Under the pieces are notes generated by a model. It had not been told where the DNA came from, made no database searches, and was given only the letters and a program-made list of their open reading frames with translations. Source: Spirochaetia bacterium (GTDB taxonomy: Bacteria > Spirochaetota > Spirochaetia > CAKZLE01). From it: a stretch of 64,000 bases of DNA. The position numbers were made by a program, and so were the translations under genes. Below, one piece after another: positions 58,265 to 64,000 of the stretch. The DNA is taken from NCBI GenBank assembly GCA_963677595.1, contig OY782041.1, positions 1,888,001 through 1,952,000 of the forward strand. Direction: 5' to 3'. Numbering within the stretch: position 1 is the first letter of the stretch; every line of letters starts with the position of its first letter.

Positions 58265-59056
58265 ATGAAAGAAAATAATACAAACAAAAGAGATCTACTA
58301 GCAAATGAACGAAGGATGAGCATCCTTGAATATATTCGTGAAGATGGGAGTGCCAGGGTAAAGGCCCTGAGTAAGGCATTCGGGGTGACTGAACCTACCA
58401 TCAGGCAGGATCTGGAAAAACTCGAGAATGATGGGTTCATCATCAGGGAGCATGGCGGAGCCTACTTGCGGTCCATGTCCCACCAGGTAGAGACGCTCAC
58501 CCTGGAACACTCTGAACATCTAGACCTGAAGCATCGTATTGCTATGAAGGCTATTTCTTTCATTTCCGACGGCGACAGCCTGATCATTGATTCAGGTTCT
58601 ACCATGACTGAGTTGTCTAAACTACTCGTTTCCAAGAAGAACCTTCGAGTGATCACGACAGCCCTGAATATTGCCCTGACCCTTGGGACCAACCCTTCGT
58701 GCCAATTGATGGTGACTGGGGGGGAATTCAAGCCGCCGACACTCTCCTTGACAGGTGAGAAGTCGGCAGAGTTCCTGAAGGATGTCTATGTTGACAAGGT
58801 CTTCCTTGCCTCCGGCGGTATATCCCAGAGTCTTGATCTGACCTATCCCACATTCAGTGACCTCCCGGTCAAGCATGCCATGATAGCATCGGCAAAGGAG
58901 ACGTTCGTCCTGATAGATTCTTCCAAGTTCGGGAAGGCATCCTTTGCTTCATTGGGGTCTATCTCACAGGTGGATTACCTGATCACTGATGACGGGATCG
59001 ATGAAGAATTCAAGAACTCGATCGAGAGTCTGGGAGTCAAAGTCATCATAGCCTGA
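58265..59056 (+). CDS. DeoR/GlpR family regulator
   Basis: VTEPTIRQDL, HGGA, DSGST, DSSKFG. Confidence 0.95.
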   Translation: MKENNTNKRDLLANERRMSILEYIREDGSARVKALSKAFGVTEPTIRQDLEKLENDGFIIREHGGAYLRSMSHQVETLTLEHSEHLDLKHRIAMKAISFISDGDSLIIDSGSTMTELSKLLVSKKNLRVITTALNIALTLGTNPSCQLMVTGGEFKPPTLSLTGEKSAEFLKDVYVDKVFLASGGISQSLDLTYPTFSDLPVKHAMIASAKETFVLIDSSKFGKASFASLGSISQVDYLITDDGIDEEFKNSIESLGVKVIIA

Positions 59057-59159
59057 TCGGGAATCCCTCGTTATCCTGCATATCGATCTCTCCTCATTGT
59101 TCTCCTGCATGATATAGGGGCTTTCTGTTTTTGTATTGTTAGCGAATAATAAAAAAAAC

Positions 59160-59207
59160 AAAATAAACGAAAATAAAAGTTGACATAAAAAAAATAAAAG
59201 TTATACT
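59160..59207 (+). promoter_or_regulatory. Promoter of the transketolase-kinase operon with A-rich repeats
   Basis: TTGACA-16 bp-TATACT; GAAAATAAAAGTT shared with the ABC promoter region near 52224. Confidence 0.7.
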
Positions 59208-59284
59208 AGTATTAGAAAGAAAAAACAAAGAACGGTTCGAAAATTTACGATTTGACCATGTGTCATGAACGATAGGGTGATAAG

Positions 59285-60124
59285 ATGGATAAGGTGAATT
59301 TCTTAGAGTTGAAGGCTGCCCAGATACGGAAGGATCTTCTGAGCATGATCTATACCGCAAAGAGCGGGCATACCGGTGGGGCACTCTCGAGTGCGGACAT
59401 CCTGACTGTCCTCTACTATGATGTACTGAATATTGATCCCCAGAATCCGAAGGATCAGAATCGTGACCGGTTCGTCATGAGCAAGGGCCACAGTGTTGAA
59501 GGCCTGTATACGATCCTTGCGGACAAGGGGTTCTTTCCGAAAGAGGAACTCAAGACTTTCAACAGCTACCAGTCACGCCTGATCGGGCATCCTTCAGTCA
59601 AGGTTCCCGGCATCGAGCTGAACACCGGAGCCCTGGGACATGGGCTCCCCTGTTCGGTGGGGATGGCTCTTGCTGCGAAGAAGGATGACCTTGACGTCAA
59701 GGTCTACTGCGTGATGGGTGATGGAGAACAGGCCGAAGGGTCTGTCTGGGAGGCAGCCATGTCTGCCCCGAACTACAAGCTGGACAACCTCACCGCCATC
59801 ATCGACCGAAACCACCTGCAGATCAGCGGTAATACCGAGGATGTTATGAAGCTGGACAGCCTCGCAGCCAAATGGGAAGCCTTCGGCTGGGATGTGCGGC
59901 AGATAGACGGCCATGATATCAAACAGCTGCAGGAAACCCTGCATGGGGAGAGGGTCCCCGGTAAGCCCATGATGGTCATCGCGGAGACTACCAAGGGCAA
60001 GGGTGTGACCTTCATGGAAGATATCGCGAAATGGCATCATGGGGTCCCGTCTGAGGAACAGTTCAGCCAGGCGATGGCTGAGATAGATGCATATACCAAA
60101 GAGAGGCAGTCAGATGAGCAGTAA
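59285..60124 (+). CDS. Transketolase N-terminal (ThDP-binding) subunit
   Basis: GHTGG, SKGH, GALGHG, GDGE..EG, TTKGKG. Confidence 0.95.
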   Translation: MDKVNFLELKAAQIRKDLLSMIYTAKSGHTGGALSSADILTVLYYDVLNIDPQNPKDQNRDRFVMSKGHSVEGLYTILADKGFFPKEELKTFNSYQSRLIGHPSVKVPGIELNTGALGHGLPCSVGMALAAKKDDLDVKVYCVMGDGEQAEGSVWEAAMSAPNYKLDNLTAIIDRNHLQISGNTEDVMKLDSLAAKWEAFGWDVRQIDGHDIKQLQETLHGERVPGKPMMVIAETTKGKGVTFMEDIAKWHHGVPSEEQFSQAMAEIDAYTKERQSDEQ

Positions 60125-61058
60125 TATACCTTGCAGGAAGGCCTTCACGAATACTATCCTTGAGGTGGCGAAGGGAGACCGGAATATCATGGTGGTCACC
60201 TCTGATGCCAGGGGGTCTGTGACACTGGGTGACTATGCAAAGGAACTGCCTGAGCAGTTCGTGGAGGTCGGTATCGCGGAACAGAACGAGGTCGGTCTCG
60301 CAGCAGGGATGGCAACGTTCGGCAAGAACGTATTCGTCTGTGCCCCTGCATGCTTCCTGTCTGCACGATCTCTGGAGCAGGTCAAGGTCGATGTTGTCTA
60401 TACGAAGACCAATGTGAAGGTGATCGGGATCAGCGGGGGAGTGAGTTATGGTGCCCTCGGGTTCTCCCACCAGTCCCTCCATGATGTGGCAGTGATGCGT
60501 ACCTTCCCCGGGATGGTCGTGATGCTTCCCTCTGATCAGCACCAGACAGTCGAGATGACGAAATGGCTTGCTGCCAATAAGACCCCTGCGTATGTCAGGA
60601 TGGGTCGGGCTGCCGTTCCCGATGTCTATGAAGAGGGGCAGGAGTGTTTCACGTTCGGGAAGGCCAACACGGTCAAGGACGGTACGGAAGCTTCGATCAT
60701 CGCTGCCGGCGAGATGGTCTACAAGAGCATCAAGGCTGCGGAGATCCTGGAAGCTGAAGGGCTCTCAGTACGGGTCCTTGATATGCATACGATAAAACCC
60801 CTTGATAGGGATGCTATACTGAAAGCAGCAGAAGAGACTGGAGCGATCATAACGGTCGAGGAACACAGTATCTTCGGCGGGCTTGGTGCAGCTGTCTCAG
60901 AGGTCGTCATCCAGGAGAACCCGGTTCCTGTACGGATCCTCGGGATCCCTGATGAGATCCCTGTAGAGGGAGAATCCCCTGATGTATGCCGTCATTATGG
61001 GTTGGATCCGGAAGGGATCGCCAAAGAAGTCAGAAAGACTATACAGAAGAAGAGGTAA
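60114..61058 (+). CDS. Transketolase C-terminal subunit
   Basis: GIAEQ, HQS, YVRMGR, TIKPLD, EEH..GGLG. Confidence 0.95.
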   Translation: MSSNIPCRKAFTNTILEVAKGDRNIMVVTSDARGSVTLGDYAKELPEQFVEVGIAEQNEVGLAAGMATFGKNVFVCAPACFLSARSLEQVKVDVVYTKTNVKVIGISGGVSYGALGFSHQSLHDVAVMRTFPGMVVMLPSDQHQTVEMTKWLAANKTPAYVRMGRAAVPDVYEEGQECFTFGKANTVKDGTEASIIAAGEMVYKSIKAAEILEAEGLSVRVLDMHTIKPLDRDAILKAAEETGAIITVEEHSIFGGLGAAVSEVVIQENPVPVRILGIPDEIPVEGESPDVCRHYGLDPEGIAKEVRKTIQKKR

Positions 61059-61061
61059 GAC

Positions 61062-62552
61062 ATGGCTGAAGCGACTCCATCATACTTCCTGACCATCGAC
61101 CAGGGTACGTCCGGTACAAAAGCCCTGCTCTTTGGTACCGACGGGAAACTCGTGACCCGGTATGACAAGGGGCATCAGCAGTTCTATCCCCAGCCCGGCT
61201 GGGTCGAGCATGACCCGGAAGAGATCTACGGCAACATGGTCGAGGCTATGAGGACCGTCATGGAATCGGGAGGCTTGACCAGTGAGGATATCATCTGCAT
61301 CTCGATCTCCAACCAGCGTGAGACGGCACTGATCTGGGACAAACGGACCGGGAAACCGGTGATGAATGCGGTCGTCTGGCAGTGTAATCGGGCTGAGGCG
61401 ATCTGTCAGGATCTTTCTGCACATGGGTACAGCCAGCTGGTCAAGGATAAGACAGGATTGGTGCTCTCTCCCTACTTCTCCGCCGCGAAGGCAAAATGGA
61501 TCATCGACAACTGCATCGAGGATGACCTGGGAAACTACCTCTTCGGGAACGTGGACAGCTACCTGGTCTGGAAACTCACCGATGGGGCAGTCCATTCCAC
61601 CGATTATTCCAATGCGAGTAGGACACAGCTGTTCAACATCCATGGACTCAAGTGGGATGAGGAACTCCTGAAGTTGTTCGGGCTTGAAACCACCATGATG
61701 CCGGAGGTGAATCCCTCGAACAAAGTGCTTGGCTCTACCTATGAGGGCTTGTTCTCCACACCCGTCCCGATCGCGGGAGTCCTCGGTGACTCCCATGCCG
61801 CCTTCTTCGGGCAGTGCTGTACCCAGAGGGGAAGGGCAAAGGCGACCTACGGAACCGGATCATCGGTCATGATGAACATCGGGGATGACCCTGGCAAGGG
61901 CACTAACAAGGTCGTAACATCGATCGGATATGCCATTGATGATGAGATCGTCTATGTCCTAGAAGGGAACATCAACTGCACCGGTGCGACGATCAAGTGG
62001 CTGGTAGATGATCTCGAGTTGATCTCATCTTCCAAGGAGGCAGGTATCCTTGCTGCCTCTGTAGAGGACAACCAGGGAGTGTATCTGGTGCCCGCGTTCG
62101 TGGGTTTGAGTGCTCCCTACTGGAACAGTGATGTCCGTGCTTCGATCACCCAACTTACGAGAGGCACAAAGAAAGCCCATGTCGTACGTGCGGCAGAGGA
62201 GTCGATAGCCTACCAGATCATGGATGTCGTCAAGGCGATGGAAGCGGAGTCAGGTATTCACCTTGCTGAGCTCCGGGTGGACGGAGGTCCTACCCGTGAC
62301 AACTTCCTCATGCAGTTCCAGGCAGACATGCTGGATGCTGAGGTCACACGGAATAAGATCGAAGAGTTGTCAGCCACCGGGGCGATGTATATGGGTGGTC
62401 TTGCCATGGGAACCTGGAATAATCTTGAAGAGATAGAAGCGCTCAGGGAGACCGAGAAGACCTTCTCCCCAAAAGAATCTGAGCAGTGGAGAGAGAAACA
62501 CTATGCAGGATGGACCAAGGCTGTCAATGATCTGATTACGGCGAATGAATAG
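61062..62552 (+). CDS. FGGY kinase (glycerol kinase-like, possibly apulose kinase)
   Basis: DQGTSG, SNQRET, SNASRT, GDSHA, KATYGTG, VDGG. Confidence 0.85.
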   Translation: MAEATPSYFLTIDQGTSGTKALLFGTDGKLVTRYDKGHQQFYPQPGWVEHDPEEIYGNMVEAMRTVMESGGLTSEDIICISISNQRETALIWDKRTGKPVMNAVVWQCNRAEAICQDLSAHGYSQLVKDKTGLVLSPYFSAAKAKWIIDNCIEDDLGNYLFGNVDSYLVWKLTDGAVHSTDYSNASRTQLFNIHGLKWDEELLKLFGLETTMMPEVNPSNKVLGSTYEGLFSTPVPIAGVLGDSHAAFFGQCCTQRGRAKATYGTGSSVMMNIGDDPGKGTNKVVTSIGYAIDDEIVYVLEGNINCTGATIKWLVDDLELISSSKEAGILAASVEDNQGVYLVPAFVGLSAPYWNSDVRASITQLTRGTKKAHVVRAAEESIAYQIMDVVKAMEAESGIHLAELRVDGGPTRDNFLMQFQADMLDAEVTRNKIEELSATGAMYMGGLAMGTWNNLEEIEALRETEKTFSPKESEQWREKHYAGWTKAVNDLITANE

Positions 62553-62579
62553 GGAAAAACTTTTCCAAACCTCCTTTTT

Positions 62580-62612
62580 CCTCCAGGAAGCATCGTTTCC
62601 TGGAGGTTTTTC
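62580..62612. terminator. Rho-independent terminator between convergent genes
   Basis: CCTCCAGGAA-N7-TTCCTGGAGG followed by TTTTT. Confidence 0.8.
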
Positions 62613-62617
62613 GATTA

Positions 62618-63730
62618 CTACTGATCACCGAGGCTGATGCCGATCTCCCGTGCTGACTTCACGTAGTGGTGGTCTATCGGGACATACTTCTTCTTCCCTG
62701 CCACATCCTCGAGGGGCACGGGTATCATCTCCGTCCCCTTGACGGCGATCATGTGGCCCCAGTTGTCCTTCATGATCTCCTGGACGCACCTGGTGCCGAG
62801 GGCGGTCGCAAGCAGTCGGTCCGCTGCCGAGGGGGTGCCTCCCCGCTGCAGGTGCCCGAGGATGGTGACCCTCGTCTCCCTGCCGGTCAGGGTCTCCAGC
62901 TTGACTGCCAGGTCCTGTGTCCTTCCCTGGATGGCCTCATCGAAGAGCTTGTTGAGCTTCTTCTGCCGCTTGAGGTCATCCGACTCCTGGCTCTCGACCT
63001 CCGATACGATCCTCGCATAGTTAGACTGGCTGATCGCCCCTTCCGCCACGGCCACGATGCTGAACTTCTTTCCCTCCCGGGATCTCCGCAGGATCGACTC
63101 GGCGATCTTCTCCTCGCTGTAGGGGATCTCTGGGGTGAGGATGACATCAGCCCCACCGGCAAGTCCTGCCCCGAGGGCGAGCCACCCGACCCGGTGTCCC
63201 ATGATTTCCACGATGATGATCCTGTGGTGGGAGTGGGCGGTGCTGTGCAGGCGGTCTATGGCTTCGGTCGCGATCATGAGGGCCGTGTCATAGCCGAAGG
63301 TCGTGTCGGTGTTAGCCACATCATTATCGATGGTCTTGGGGAGCGTTATGACGTTCAAGCCCTTCTTATGGAGACGGAAGGCGTTCTTTTGGGTCCCGCC
63401 CCCGCCGAGGCAGACGAGCCCGCTGAGGTGGTTCTTCTCGTAATTCTCGACGATGACGTCGGTCATGTCGAGGATCTTGCCACCGACCGGCATCTTGTGC
63501 GGTTTGTCCCGGCTCGAGCCGAGGATGGTACCCCCGACGGTCAGGATCCCCGAGAGCTCACTGTCACCGAGAGGGATGAATCGGTTCTCCATGAGCCCCC
63601 TGAACCCGTCCCTGAACCCAAGGAGCTTGATCCCGTGGGTATGGTCCAGTGATTTACCTACTGCGCGGATCGCAGCGTTCAGCCCGGGGGTGTCCCCTCC
63701 CGAGGTCAAGATTCCGATCAGTTTTTCCAT
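62618..63730 (-). CDS. pfkA: 6-phosphofructokinase
   Basis: [39 protein letters not shown]. Confidence 0.95.
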   Translation of the reverse strand: MEKLIGILTSGGDTPGLNAAIRAVGKSLDHTHGIKLLGFRDGFRGLMENRFIPLGDSELSGILTVGGTILGSSRDKPHKMPVGGKILDMTDVIVENYEKNHLSGLVCLGGGGTQKNAFRLHKKGLNVITLPKTIDNDVANTDTTFGYDTALMIATEAIDRLHSTAHSHHRIIIVEIMGHRVGWLALGAGLAGGADVILTPEIPYSEEKIAESILRRSREGKKFSIVAVAEGAISQSNYARIVSEVESQESDDLKRQKKLNKLFDEAIQGRTQDLAVKLETLTGRETRVTILGHLQRGGTPSAADRLLATALGTRCVQEIMKDNWGHMIAVKGTEMIPVPLEDVAGKKKYVPIDHHYVKSAREIGISLGDQ

Positions 63731-63755
63731 AATGTACGTCCTTACTGTTAGTATA

Positions 63756-64000
63756 TCATCGAACGGGCTGGGATTGAACCCAATCTTTTATGCAGCCGGC
63801 CAGCCCCGGGTTGTGGATGCGCTCCCAGATCCTGTCGGCTTCTATACAGGACCGCATCCTCATCTCGTCCTCTGGCCAGGACTCGAGGGCTGTGAGCACC
63901 TTCATTGGGTAGAGATTGATCGTGCAGACGCCTCCCCACTTCTTTACCTGGTAGGAGCCCACAAGATGACGCTCCACGATGCCAATGAGGCCTGCTTCCT
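63756..64000 (-). CDS. Partial hypothetical protein (3' end)
   Basis: Frame open from the window edge ([14 protein letters not shown]...) to the stop at 63756. Confidence 0.45.
   Translation of the reverse strand, partial: EAGLIGIVERHLVGSYQVKKWGGVCTINLYPMKVLTALESWPEDEMRMRSCIEADRIWERIHNPGLAGCIKDWVQSQPVR

Overview
A 64 kb bacterial chromosomal window, mostly GC-rich. Solute-binding-protein leaders such as FAGGAQE, FAQGGAE and FAGGQSE suggest a free-living Spirochaetota (inference). No rRNA, tRNA or CRISPR-cas was seen. In order, it contains: an iron-sulfur flavoprotein; an AAA_14/DUF4143 ATPase-nuclease; a VTC-DUF4956-Cthe_2159 operon and an acidic lipoprotein that share a TTAAGGTTCNNTTAAG box with a divergent OmpR-type two-component system; an AT-rich Abi (AbiD/AbiF-like HEPN) cassette bracketed by a ~135 bp duplicated gene tail plus terminator, and split by a complete IS66 (22 bp TIRs, 8 bp TSD); a Ugp-type ABC/GDPD operon ending in a divergent mevalonate-kinase-like gene; two paralogous lipoproteins (one with two DUF1566 domains) flanked by two 3-copy palindromic arrays; an AraC/URO-D/CobW cluster; a low-GC GntR-TRAP-URO-D-epimerase island; a second AAA_14/DUF4143 gene; a hybrid kinase/HD-GYP/NarL module; rbsK with a LacI regulator; and a DeoR-controlled sugar ABC/SDR/split-transketolase/FGGY cluster, then pfkA. 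The most notable signals are the Abi cassette architecture with its structured leader RNA, and the palindromes or palindrome arrays in front of all three AAA_14/DUF4143 loci. All annotations come from reading motifs by eye; no database searches were run.
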